From Cyanidioschyzon merolae (Eukaryota), in the NCBI GenBank assembly GCA_000091205.1, contig AP006494.2: a stretch of DNA of 64,000 nt. One strand, written 5' to 3'. The notes below the pieces were generated by a model, which was given only the letters and a program-made list of their open reading frames with translations, made no database searches and was not told where the DNA came from. The position numbers and the translations under genes were made by a program. Of this stretch, positions 1 to 10,088 are shown piece by piece. Position 1 is the first letter of the stretch; each line of letters starts with the position of its first letter.

Positions 1-129
1 AGCCGCTTTTGTAGAGGCGCCTTGCGGCACGCGTTACCATATCGGGAGCAAACTGGAAAGTTCCGACGAAAACGCAACACTGAACTGCTCGCGCACTTGC
101 TACAATGATCTATTTCTTCCAAAACTATT

Positions 130-560
130 TAGATGTACAGCGTCAACATTTGAAGTGCAGCCGTAGGTGCTTTCGGATGCATAGGTGGTTGTGGGATGCT
201 CGGCTGGCGTGCCTTATGTCGCCGGGATCAAGATGATTCGCGACGCCCCCTGAACAAGGATTCGACAAACAGCCCGTATGATGATCCAGTTCAGACGTAC
301 AAGCTTGCACGCTGCCCTTTTCGGTACGTGAAGCACATTCGATTCACACATACTTCAAGTTTTCGATCATTGTGTTTCAACGTAAGTAGCGGGCGCAGCA
401 AGTCGCGCCACAGGCCAACCGCGAACAACAACTCGACGTCGCACCTCGCCGACTCGTTCACAAGTTCATGCCCAAACTGCACTGAAATCGTCATGTACAG
501 TGATCGATTCCGTGTGGAAGAGAACTCCTCATCGCTGTGTGACTAGCAACGAAGCGAAAT
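130..560 (-). repeat. Copy R1 of a diverged inverted-repeat pair. Its partner R2 lies at ~11930–12330. Boundaries are approximate and the copy may extend past the window start.
   Basis: The reverse complement of ~290–500 aligns with 11990–12215. One example: ttgaaacacaatgatcgaaaacttgaag (R1, reverse-complemented) against ttgaagcagaacgatcgaaaactggtac (R2). Weaker similarity continues on both sides. Track ORFs 291..494(-) and 11978..12214(+) translate to related peptides (…LKHNDRKLEVC… versus …LKQNDRKLVQC…), but the substitution pattern looks neutral. Confidence 0.5.
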
Positions 561-1516
561 GCCACACCAGCGTGACACGTCTTCCGGGGTATGCTCCCCG
601 ATGTCCTTGCCTCTTCTGTTCGAAGGGAGAGGTCACGGGCTCGGACTTGAGTCCTCACAACGATCGCTTCCAATGCGAGCGAACGCAGACGGATCAGAAT
701 CTCTCGACTCGATCTCCAGCCTAGAGCTCTCGTACGGTACATGTTGCACCGAGCGTCAGCGTCGTGTTCCACACATCCCTTGTCGAGTGGAACAGCATGC
801 GCTCGCACGTGCAGCGGACAGCGTACTCGCACATTGCATCCCCTGCGATGATGCCCCTTAGCATAGAGTAGCGGAAACGGAGGAAGGCATCGACGGGAGC
901 ATTCTGGACTCGTCACGAGCATGTACCGAGCAATGAAACAAGCGCTCACGCACTACAGAACACCACTCAGAATACGAGTCGTAGAGTGTACATGGAGTCT
1001 TTCATCTTAAAGGTGTCTCAATTCCAGGTGCGCGTATTCGGTTACGCTTCTCGCGTTTAGTAGCACATCCATTCGGAGTGCGTTCATTTCCAAACATGCT
1101 CAGTCCAGGGGAAAACTGTGAACATGGAAGTAGGGGATCCTGGAGGCCCGTCACCGCCGGGTGCCGAGTCAACGGAAGCAATCCTCTTCTCGCCGACCTT
1201 TTAGCGAAGAAAAACACCGGAATAGACGGGAAGAGGTGTTTACCCGACCGAACGATGACGATAGTGCAGTCGTACTCAGGGCACGAGTTCGAGGCCAAGT
1301 TGAATTGCTGAGTTCAATCAGAGGCAATAAACACAAGGCGCTTGTCATCCGACACTTGAACGCTGCTCTCTATACCAGACGATATACGCTGATCAAGACG
1401 AGACCTACAGCGTTGAGGCGATCTACCGCAATAGGGCAGCCTCTAACGCTCCAACACCAGAAGCAGAAGCCAAAACCTTCACCCTAACACGTCGACATAC
1501 AAACCAGACAAGCGTT

Positions 1517-1544
1517 TATCTATCTATCTATCTATCTATCTATC
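1517..1544. repeat. (TATC)7 tetranucleotide microsatellite
   Basis: Perfect tatc x7, read directly from the sequence. Confidence 0.95.
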
Positions 1545-1556
1545 GGTGTACACATT

Positions 1557-1592
1557 CGCACCCGCACTCGCACCCGCACTCGCACCCGCACA
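1557..1592. repeat. 12-bp tandem repeat (cgcacccgcact) x3
   Basis: Three adjacent copies; the last has one mismatch. Read directly. Confidence 0.9.
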
Positions 1593-2042
1593 CCCTCTAC
1601 CGTGATCATCGATCGACGTCGATCGGGCATCCGTTGCGTTCGCGTCCAGTGCCGAAGCCGATCACTCGATTCGTCGCCCGATCTGGAGGCAAAGCCACAT
1701 CGCGGTGTCGCGCGGTCGAGACACGCGCACACCTACCGCTACAACGCGAAACGTCCGCGATCCGTTATCGTGCAAACGCGCCGCTCCAGGGCGCCTCCAT
1801 CAATGCAAGGCGCTGCTAGAGACCTGGAGAATGTTTCTTCAACGATTTGGGGTGTAGTGAGCGCTGCTCTATCCCTGCAAGGGCAGCATCTTCGGAAGGC
1901 TACCATTTTAGGTTTCCTTTTACGCGTGCTGCTGACAACTGAACTCGTGAGAGGTGGTCTCTCGCACGCGGTAACAGGCTGGGCAAACGCCAAAGGTAGA
2001 CAATTGCGTAGTGCGTTCCGGAGGGAGCACTGGCGTCGGAAA

Positions 2043-3155
2043 ATGCTCAACGTACCCGCACCTCCCGCTACTACCGCTGTGTACTCAGTGCGTCTTGCGA
2101 CTTGCGTTGTAGGAATTATTAGTTCGCTTCTGGTGTACGCGTACTTGCAAGAACGCATCATGGCGTTGCCGTTGACCACGGACGCCGCCGGCCAGCCGGT
2201 GTTCTTTAGGGACTCGTTGTTCTTGGTACTGCAGAACCGTCTCTACGCTGCACTAGCAGCGGTCTTTGTGCTTTTGTGGCAGGGCGACCGCAGTGGCATG
2301 CGGCCGCAAGCGCCCCTCTACAAATACGCCTCTGTCTCGTTGAGCAACGTGGTTGCGACCTGGGCCCAGTACTCTGCGCTGGCTTGGGTGTCGATGCCTA
2401 CACAGACGCTGGGCAAGTGCGCGAAAATGATTCCAGTACTCGTTTGGGGCTCTATAATGAGCGGGAAACGGTATACGCTGAGCGACTACGGGGTCGCAGC
2501 AGCAGTCGCTGCGGGATGCACGCTTTTTCTACTGGCTGGAAACATTCAAGCGAAATACAGTGCAGAGCAGAACTCGCTCTATGGGCTAGTGCTTATGGTT
2601 GTGTACTTGGCGTTTGACGGGTTCACGTCGACGTTTCAGGAGAAACTTTTCAGGGGGTACCCTATGTCGACGTATAACCAGATGCTGTTCGTCAACTTAA
2701 CCTCTGCCTGCATTAGTTTTTTGGGTGTTGCAAGCAGTGGCCGACTCGCTGCGGACCTGCAGCTCTGCTGGCAGTATCCACGACTGTTCATCGATGCAAG
2801 CGTTTTGAGTGCAGCAGCAGTCATTGCTCAGTTTTTCATCACCTACACGATCAAAGAATTCGGTGCCCTGGTCTACGCGACCGTCATGACGACCCGACAA
2901 ATCTTGACCATCCTCCTAAGCAACCTATTTTTTGCGCACGGACTTACTGTTCAGCAGTGGTGCGGAGCTGCGATCGTGTTCAGTGCTCTATACCTGAAGA
3001 GTTACACACAGCAGATGTCGCGACGAGCGACGAAACCTGCTGCAGCACCCCTCGATAACGATAACGGACCCGCGAGCGAGGAAAGTAAGGCCTTCCACGT
3101 TGCCGCGGTTGCTCTACCCCAGACTGCGCAAGAGTGCAGAGCACTAGCACATTAG
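2043..3155 (+). CDS. Nucleotide-sugar transporter, UAA/SLC35B family (UDP-Gal/HUT1-like)
   Basis: The track ORF 1602..3155 opens at GTG. The ATG at 2043 places about 20 residues ahead of TM1, as in human SLC35B1. A conserved LQERIM motif follows the first hydrophobic helix. There are about 10 predicted TM helices. The C-terminal signature …YATVMTTRQILTILLSNLFFAHGLTVQQWCGAAIVFSALYL matches the SLC35B motif TTRKFFTIL…PISPMQWVG. An alternative ATG lies at 1803. Confidence 0.75.
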   Translation: MLNVPAPPATTAVYSVRLATCVVGIISSLLVYAYLQERIMALPLTTDAAGQPVFFRDSLFLVLQNRLYAALAAVFVLLWQGDRSGMRPQAPLYKYASVSLSNVVATWAQYSALAWVSMPTQTLGKCAKMIPVLVWGSIMSGKRYTLSDYGVAAAVAAGCTLFLLAGNIQAKYSAEQNSLYGLVLMVVYLAFDGFTSTFQEKLFRGYPMSTYNQMLFVNLTSACISFLGVASSGRLAADLQLCWQYPRLFIDASVLSAAAVIAQFFITYTIKEFGALVYATVMTTRQILTILLSNLFFAHGLTVQQWCGAAIVFSALYLKSYTQQMSRRATKPAAAPLDNDNGPASEESKAFHVAAVALPQTAQECRALAH

Positions 3156-3978
3156 TCCAACGAATGCGCATTTCGAGTCGTCGCAGGCGGTGGCGGTGGC
3201 GATGGCGGTGGATCAGCAGCTGAGGAACGTCGGGGATCGAGTAACCCGCTGTGCCACCAGAGGCGTTGTCGACAACGTGAATGTGCTCTTCGATATCTGG
3301 ACTCGATCTAGGCGCCCAAACAGTTCAAGTTGATGTGTTTAAAATGGATAACCAGTGCTTTCGCTGCACCGGGCACTGGATCCGCACTGCAATGCACAGG
3401 CGCTTGCTCGTGAATCGCGCTCCAGTCGATGCAACGCCGAGAGCGCACTGCACATTCGCCTTCAAACGTTCAGGTCCCTGAGGTGACCATCTCGTTATGA
3501 GCCGTGTTTGGTGCTTCCATGGGCGTTGTGATCGTTGCGTATGTGCAACAAAGTGCGCATCGTGCATCATTTTCGACCCGACAGCAGCGCTGCGTCATTG
3601 TTTTACGGGTGGTGTATGCACGAATGCGCAGACGCACTGCGCGACAGGCTGTGCCTCGAAGAGGGCTCGCGACCTGCGCTGCGGTTGTCGATCATGAAAC
3701 GCAGTCTCTACACGATATCGCAAGCTCGCAGCCTCTCTATCCCGTATAGGAGCGCGCATTTCCGGTACCAGCAGTCGCACGAATCCGGCAGCAGAGGTGC
3801 CCGCGAGCACCGCTGCGCCCGGCAAGGTAATCGGATGGAGTACGTCGACCCGGTTCGTTGAACGGACCTGGCGATCCAGGTGGCTGCAGCGGGCGTTCGC
3901 ATCCCAGCACTCGCACCAGCAGCATCGAGCGTGAAATACCTCATGATGCTGGTCCGAGCGCGCGGGGCACGGTGTCGT

Positions 3979-6108
3979 TTAGCGCCCAAAGAGACGATTC
4001 AGGAGGCCGCGGCGAGCATCTCGCCGCTCGGGAAGCTCTGGATACTTAATCTGCTGGAACGCCAAGTCCAGCACAAATGGTTTGCATACCATCGCTCGGA
4101 ACGCTGGCGGCATTCTGGCGATCTCATCTGGCGTTAGCAAGTCGATCGGGTGTTCCTCCAGGTAGCATCGCGATGATAACGGTTTTTCCGCTATCGTTGT
4201 GCGCTCGAGACGCTCTGCGATGCCTGCCTCCGCCAGCGAATAGAACACACTCGCCCGGACTTTGAGCGCCCGAGCCTTCGTATCCGTCTCGGTAAGCGCG
4301 TTATCATCGAGAGCGACCGCGCTCAACAGCTCGCGTCGCTCACGTGATGGCGCTGGTGCAGTCACTGCAACACGCGCCCGCAGCTCGGCTACCAGGCCCA
4401 GTAGCTGCACAGCGAGACCGTAAACTTGAACCAGGCCTTGTTGTGCGCCTGTATCGCCTTGCAGCTGACTTGAACTTGCTTCCCATTCGCTCCAGCAGCG
4501 TTCCATTTGGTGCTGCTTCTGGGCTAGTTGCAGGAAAGCGGCAGCAACCTGCGTCGCCTCAAGCAATTGCTCATCGATCCCAAAGAGATCGCTGATTTCC
4601 TGAACCCAGACGAGCGCCTTGTCATATTGCTGTCGTCGATAGCATCTCTTCAGCAGCAAGAGCGCCTTTCGGTATCGCCAGAATGCGGTCACGAGTCGCA
4701 GTTCGTCATCTGTTGGACGCTCCGCCACCAGCGACTCGAGGTGCCGTTGCACACTTTCGAGCAGGCGCACCGCCTTTTGTGTCCGTTTCGCTTCGTAATG
4801 CTCCGCCTTGGCCAACAGCTCCAGAAGCGAGACTGCCTGCTGCTTCGATGTCGAAGTAGGTATCGCCCCGGTCGTGGCAACGGACGCGGACCCGGAGGTG
4901 CCGTCCCCGGTCAAGGTGCGCTGCGCTGGTCGGCCGCTTTCGAGCCACGCCAGGGTGAGGTGCGGAACGCGTACCTGGTGCCCGCACCAGTCGACTGTTT
5001 GCGTCGGCATCGGCAGTAGTGTTGTCGTCTCTCCTGCCGACAGCGTCGATATCGAATACCTTTCGTGGACGAGTTCCGGCGGCATGTTTTCCAGTTTCGT
5101 TCTCGTAGACAGGAGCTGTGCCTGGAGCCGCTGAACCAGCGCGATATCAGGCCAGGCGTGTGGGTGCGGCACGTTTTCGCTGTCCACTCTGGTTTCGCAG
5201 GCTCGTGCGGTCCTTTCCAGTTCCTGGGCGCGTTGTCGGTACACCTGCTGGATCCGTTGGGTCAACGGCGCCGAAAGCGTCGCCTCGATACCAGCCATGC
5301 AATCGTAAAGCGTCCGATACAGTTGCGCTGCAGTCCCGATCCGGTGGAGTGCCCCCGGCCCCAGACGATGCCGCTCACCATAGAAGAGACTCCATAACCA
5401 GCAAGCATATGCAACGAGCTCCGTCAGTGTCCAGCTCGAGAGCTGACTTCGCGCAGCAACAGCAGCATAGGCAAGACGTTCAGCCAACAGCGCTGCTCGT
5501 CGAAGGCGACGTCGATAGTAGCGCCGAAGTCGCTGTGCTCGACGCTGCTTGGTATCCACCAAGGACGGCAGCTCCGTTGCAATAGGGCGATTGGTGTCAG
5601 CAGCGGTATCTAAACGCGACACCATGGCAAGCAGCTGCTCTTTCGCATCCATGGCTTGTGCCCAGGCACGTTCCGCTTCCAAAACGCCTATCTCTATGAA
5701 CCGCCGATCGTTACCCGCATAGTCGCGAATGATGTTTACGTCGATACGCGCTTGTGCGTACTGTGACGAACGACGAGAGAGTGAGCAGGTATATGCCAAG
5801 CGTACGCGGAGGCTTCGCAGTCGCCTCGTGCAGTACTGGGCGTAACCGCAATAGTCGCTCAGCTCGCCGCCGTGCCGTTCTTGTACCCGGTGCAGGTACC
5901 ACAGGATCGCCCAGGCGCCTTGCAGACCTCTCCCGTGCTCTGGCTGCTGACTCGCTCCCACGAGATCTTTGTTTTTCCGCAGCGCGGGCACTGGAGCAAC
6001 TCGCTTGACACCACTCCGCGCGGTCTGCTGACGTTTCCGCTCCGAGCTGCCGCTCCCGCGTAGACGACGAGACTTGGTCTCCGGTAGTGGTCCAGTCTCG
6101 GACTGCAT
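3979..6108 (-). CDS. SRP68: Signal recognition particle subunit SRP68
   Basis: The N-terminal RNA-binding region …HGGELSDYCGYAQYCTRRLRSLRVRL…VLEAERAWAQAMDAKEQ parallels human SRP68 …HGLRHGDFQRYRGYCSRRQRRLRKTL…VLMDAERAWSYAMQLKQE. The C-terminal end KPFVLDLAFQQIKYPELPE matches SRP68 KPLFFDLALNHVAFPPLED. The track ORF runs to 6276 with a TTG start; ATGs occur at 6264 and 6108. I chose 6108 because the stretch between them is (CAG)n-derived Cys-rich low complexity. Confidence 0.7.
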   Translation of the reverse strand: MQSETGPLPETKSRRLRGSGSSERKRQQTARSGVKRVAPVPALRKNKDLVGASQQPEHGRGLQGAWAILWYLHRVQERHGGELSDYCGYAQYCTRRLRSLRVRLAYTCSLSRRSSQYAQARIDVNIIRDYAGNDRRFIEIGVLEAERAWAQAMDAKEQLLAMVSRLDTAADTNRPIATELPSLVDTKQRRAQRLRRYYRRRLRRAALLAERLAYAAVAARSQLSSWTLTELVAYACWLWSLFYGERHRLGPGALHRIGTAAQLYRTLYDCMAGIEATLSAPLTQRIQQVYRQRAQELERTARACETRVDSENVPHPHAWPDIALVQRLQAQLLSTRTKLENMPPELVHERYSISTLSAGETTTLLPMPTQTVDWCGHQVRVPHLTLAWLESGRPAQRTLTGDGTSGSASVATTGAIPTSTSKQQAVSLLELLAKAEHYEAKRTQKAVRLLESVQRHLESLVAERPTDDELRLVTAFWRYRKALLLLKRCYRRQQYDKALVWVQEISDLFGIDEQLLEATQVAAAFLQLAQKQHQMERCWSEWEASSSQLQGDTGAQQGLVQVYGLAVQLLGLVAELRARVAVTAPAPSRERRELLSAVALDDNALTETDTKARALKVRASVFYSLAEAGIAERLERTTIAEKPLSSRCYLEEHPIDLLTPDEIARMPPAFRAMVCKPFVLDLAFQQIKYPELPERRDARRGLLNRLFGR

Positions 6109-6285
6109 GATCGTTTTCCCTTCAGTACGAGAAGGTGCACTTGTTGCCTGCTGAGGAGCAACGCATACACAGCAGCAGTAGCAGCAGCGTTCTCCGCAGA
6201 GGCGCTCCGGTCGCAACGCCGCGGCCATGGAGACGAGTTGCCAGGTCGCAGCGCCTGCGATCATCGCGCTCTGCAACCTGAACGT

Positions 6286-7503
6286 ATGCTTTCGAATGAA
6301 TACCAGTACAATTTGGAGTTTTTCCAGTATAAGCTACATGCAACTGGCGTACAGGCCATATGCCGTGACGTTTACGGTGGCCAGGACTATCTCCCTACGC
6401 TTCTAGCGGAAAGATATGGCTCGGAAGGCTCGTCTGTCGCAAGCAACGACCCATGTGTGGAGCGGTACTACGTGTTGTGCAGGTCGAAACCGAGCGCCGT
6501 CCACAGAGAGGCTGTTGCCGACGCTGAAGACACCATTGATCGAGTCGATGCACCTCTTGTTGCAGCGGTAGGTGGGTACTTTCTGCTCTCTCCTGGACAC
6601 TACTGGATCCAAGGCGTTCGCGTTGCAGCGGCGCAGCGGGGCAAGGGACTCGGTCTGGGGATCACGTCGGCTGTGGTGCGAGCACTGGAACAACTTGGCA
6701 AGAACTCGCAACAGACGCTACACCTCTGGTCCTGTACGATAACGGACAACAAGCCGATGCGTCGCATCTTTCGAAAACTTGGTTTTGTCGAGTTCCAGAG
6801 GTGTTGGCTGTGGCCGAGTCCCACGTTCATGCAAATCCTCCGGAGGATCGATGAACGCATCGCCTCAGCACCGAACCATGTTCGTGAGACGTTTGCAACA
6901 ATGCTGAAGGCTACCCGCTGGGAAACGCCTGCAGAGGAATCCTCTGAACCCTGCATCATCGACGCATCCACAGATCAGAGGGTCTCTATGCAACCCGAGT
7001 CGTTCTGGGAAACGGTACCCAGTCCGGCCAGTGCCTTTGAGGCGCTCACCCGACACCGGCTCTGTGTTCCACTTTACTACTGGTGCTTACCGCCCGAAGC
7101 ACTCGAGAAGGGTGCGATCTCTGTGGACTGGCTCTGGATAGGCCAATACAAAGGCGAGGACCGTGCTCTCGGTTGGATCTTTGTGTATCGGGAGCCGCTG
7201 ATCCAAACGAGCGATCCAACAGTGGCGGGAGTGATTGCCTCTTCTTGCAAGGTACTGCTGTCAGCTGTACAACATCTGAACCGCATGTTTCCTCGGTTCC
7301 GAACGGTCATGGATACGAGCTTGTTCCCGTCTAATGAGTGCCGTATACCTGAAGGCTTTCGTCGCTGGTCAGCGGCATCCCAAATGGTAAATGTGTATCG
7401 AAAACTAGAGCTGAAAAACGCGGAATCGGAAGCGAGGAGCGATTGCGTCGGGCAACGCCCTGGGGCGTTCGCATGCCTGACACCTCAGTGTGCCGCAGAG
7501 TGA
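6286..7503 (+). CDS. GNAT-family N-acetyltransferase domain protein with a long C-terminal extension
   Basis: Acetyl-CoA-binding motif A …IQGVRVAAAQRGKGLGLGITSAVVRAL… (Q/R-x-x-G-x-G/A). The track ORF begins at TTG 6238; the first in-frame ATG is at 6286. The gene is divergent from SRP68 with about 178 bp between the start codons. Confidence 0.7.
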   Translation: MLSNEYQYNLEFFQYKLHATGVQAICRDVYGGQDYLPTLLAERYGSEGSSVASNDPCVERYYVLCRSKPSAVHREAVADAEDTIDRVDAPLVAAVGGYFLLSPGHYWIQGVRVAAAQRGKGLGLGITSAVVRALEQLGKNSQQTLHLWSCTITDNKPMRRIFRKLGFVEFQRCWLWPSPTFMQILRRIDERIASAPNHVRETFATMLKATRWETPAEESSEPCIIDASTDQRVSMQPESFWETVPSPASAFEALTRHRLCVPLYYWCLPPEALEKGAISVDWLWIGQYKGEDRALGWIFVYREPLIQTSDPTVAGVIASSCKVLLSAVQHLNRMFPRFRTVMDTSLFPSNECRIPEGFRRWSAASQMVNVYRKLELKNAESEARSDCVGQRPGAFACLTPQCAAE

Positions 7504-7545
7504 CGCTGCGGAGCGTACGAGCGTCAAGGTACGCGTCGCCTCGAA

Positions 7546-8093
7546 GGGTATCGAATCGTTACCGACTGGTTCCTGCCGGATATCAAAACCGCTCTAGTAT
7601 GCAGATTCGATCAAGGGTATCGAATCGTTACCGACTGGTTCCTGTCGGATATCAAACCGCTCTAGTATGCAGATTCGATCAAGGGTATCGAATCGTTACC
7701 GACTGGTTCCTGTCGGATATCAAAACCCTCTAGTATGCAGATTCGATCAAGGGTATCGAATCGTTACCGACTGGTTCCTGTCGGATATCAAAACCCTCTA
7801 GTATGCAGATTCGATCAAGGGTATCGAATCGTTACCGACTGGTTCCTGTCGGCTATCAAAACCCTCTAGTATGAAGATTCGATCAAGGGTATCGAATCGT
7901 TACCGAATGGTTCCTGCCGGATATCAAACCGCTCTAGTATGAAGATTCGATCAAGGGTATCGAATCGTTACCGAATGGTTCCTGCCGGATATCAAACCGC
8001 TCTAGTATGCAGATTCGATCAAGGGTATCGAATCGTTACCGACTGGTTCATGGCGGATATCAAACCGCTCTAGTATGCAGATTCGATCCGGGG
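7546..8093. repeat. Tandem satellite: 68-bp unit x ~8, near-identical copies
   Basis: The unit gggtatcgaatcgttaccgactggttcctgtcggatatcaaaaccctctagtatgcagattcgatcaa repeats head-to-tail. Each unit carries two palindromes: gattcgat…atcgaatc across unit junctions and ccgac…gtcgg inside. A few point variants occur (tgtcgg/tgccgg, cagat/aagat). Confidence 0.95.
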
Positions 8094-8901
8094 TGCGCAG
8101 CGAGGCATCCATCGCCAGGACAAGTATGCAATCGCTCCGAATTCGTACCAGCTGGGTACCAATTGCTCTAGTGAGAGGATTTTTGAAGCTCTAGAACGGA
8201 ATCGGAGACGAAGACTCGACGCAAGCAACACGACTTTTACCAAGTGGCGTTGATGCGTTTCTGCTTTCAATATCGGAATCGAATGGTGCCCGTGCGAATG
8301 CCGGTGGCTTTGCTGATTCGAGGAAGCATGCCGCCAGTTTTCCTTAGCTCTCAGGCGAGTTCATCAGGTAAAACCCTCGACAGCTGGACGTCCAACAAAT
8401 ACCATCCCCGGAGACGCCCTTGAGAAAGCGTCGCGGAATCCTCGACAAACACAGGATTGCATACGAGCGCAGGCTCACCAGTTTTCGGCACAACATGCAG
8501 GCCGAGTCGTTCGAGCTGGAACCAAGTTGCTGGTGCCCGTAGAGTACCCCTTTTCCGCGACGCAGTCCAACGTTTGCGCTGCTTTCCGCGAGCCCTATCG
8601 AACAGAATTTCCTGCGCGCATTGCCGGTTAACGCAGGAGTTTGCAGCAACCTCGAACGATCATGAATGACGGACAGCGGTCGACGCAAGCGCAGCCGCTT
8701 GATGAAAAGTGATGCTCTCCCGAACCAACACGCTGTTTTGAAAGCTCAACGTCAGAATGCCCAATGTCGTACAATGGATTGCATCAGTTCACGGTGTACC
8801 TTTTCACAATCGTTTAGTGTGCTCATTAGACATCGACGAGCGACAAGTGATGATCCGTTTGTTGCGCAAACTGCCCAAATCGTAAACGCCAGCAACGCTT
8901 C

Positions 8902-9825
8902 CTACGTCGACGGCGATACATTTTTCACGACACCGACTTCGGCAGGCCGAAGCACCCGATCATGAATGCGATAGCCGGCTTTGAGCACATGCAAAATGGC
9001 CCCGTCGGGTAGCGACGGTGACGGTTTCGCCGCTCCAGACTGCTCTGAGGTAGCGGAATCAGCTACCGGGGCAGGTGCCTCGAACACCGCTTGGTGAACC
9101 TCGGGATTGAAGGGCTCACCAATTTCACCGTACCGCTCAATACCAAATTTTTGCAGGGTTCTCTGCAATTCCCGTTCTGTCGCCGATACTCCCTCATACA
9201 AAGCTGTAAGAAGACTCGCTAATTTCGCTGATTCTGCTGCCGAAACCGCACCGCCTGCGCCAGTGCTATTCGATGATGAACTCACTTCCAACTGCTGCCG
9301 CGGGACCGCTGCCAATGCTCGATTCAAGTTATCCGCAACATCCAGTAGCTCTTTCGCAAACGAAGAGATACTGTATTTCCGGGCTGCTTCGACGTCCCGC
9401 CGAGCAATCATACGCACGTTCTCCATCTCGGCGAGCAGCCGAATCGCACGATCCCGTAGTGTCGCAATCTCCTGTTCCTTCTCCTGTAACAGACCTTCGA
9501 GTCTCTGCACTCGTTCTTGTGCATCGGGAGTTCCAGTGCTTTGTTGCGTGTTTTGATCTCCGGAAGCGCCAGGGGTCGGCTTTGCCGTCGCCGGGCCCTG
9601 CGACCCGGTGTCAGCACCGTTCGTGCCGGCTGCTGATCCGCCTTTTGCCGTTTCATCGTAACCGAAAACTTGATCCGCAGTGGATTTACGAGAATCCGAA
9701 CAAATCCTCCGCCAATGAACAGTACCAGAACGGTGCTCGAACCCTAGTGCCGAGCCACGCCGCGTTCGCACGCTGCCGAGGCGCCCGATGAGCGCCACAG
9801 CGAACCTCGAACGCTGTCCAAGCAT
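8902..9825 (-). CDS. GRPE: GrpE (Mge1) nucleotide-exchange factor for mitochondrial Hsp70
   Basis: …LRDRAIRLLAEMENVRMIARRDVEAARKYSISSFAKELLDVADNLNRAL… and the C-terminal …FNPEVHQAVFEAPAP…HVLKAGYRIHDRVLRPAEVGV are classic GrpE blocks. The N-terminus is Arg-rich (MLGQRSRFAVALIGRLGSVRTRRG) and looks like a presequence. The track start 9858 is GTG; the ATG is at 9825. Confidence 0.85.
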   Translation of the reverse strand: MLGQRSRFAVALIGRLGSVRTRRGSALGFEHRSGTVHWRRICSDSRKSTADQVFGYDETAKGGSAAGTNGADTGSQGPATAKPTPGASGDQNTQQSTGTPDAQERVQRLEGLLQEKEQEIATLRDRAIRLLAEMENVRMIARRDVEAARKYSISSFAKELLDVADNLNRALAAVPRQQLEVSSSSNSTGAGGAVSAAESAKLASLLTALYEGVSATERELQRTLQKFGIERYGEIGEPFNPEVHQAVFEAPAPVADSATSEQSGAAKPSPSLPDGAILHVLKAGYRIHDRVLRPAEVGVVKNVSPST

Positions 9826-10025
9826 CCTCCGCGAAACGCACCAAACTCCGAAAGCCACGAGTCAAGCCGCACAGTTTAGACTTCCAGTTCTCTGGTATGC
9901 TCTTCGAGGTCAGTTTTCAGCACACCGTAGCAGAGGATCACCTGGCTTTACGAGACGCTTTCGATGCGCTTCGACTATAAAGGAGGCGATCCGGACGCCG
10001 CGGCCGCTCCTCGCGACGGTCACCA

Positions 10026-10051
10026 GCGCTGCTGCTGCTGTTGCTGCTGCT

Positions 10052-10086
<35 letters not shown>

Positions 10087-10088
10087 CG
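10026..10088. repeat. (GCT)n trinucleotide microsatellite with GTT interruptions
   Basis: gctgctgctgttgctgctgctgtt… read directly. It generates the spurious poly-Cys ORF 9964..10176. Confidence 0.95.

Noticed and set aside
4344-5585. Several 80–160-aa plus-strand ORFs inside the SRP68 gene (4528..5019, 5118..5585 and others)
   Set aside because: They are antisense to a gene with clear SRP68 homology and are Arg/Gly/Ala-rich. Such shadow ORFs are expected in GC-rich coding DNA.
7443-7733. ORF reading through the 68-bp satellite (…VSNRYRLVPAGYQ… repeated)
   Set aside because: It is a repeat translation. Adjacent units encode the same peptide, and no start context or homology exists.
7546-8093. 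The 68-bp array as a CRISPR-like array or a tandem array of structured small-RNA genes
   Set aside because: Units are contiguous with no unique spacers, and the genome is eukaryotic. Substitutions between units are not compensatory within the palindromes, so there is no evidence of selection on RNA structure.
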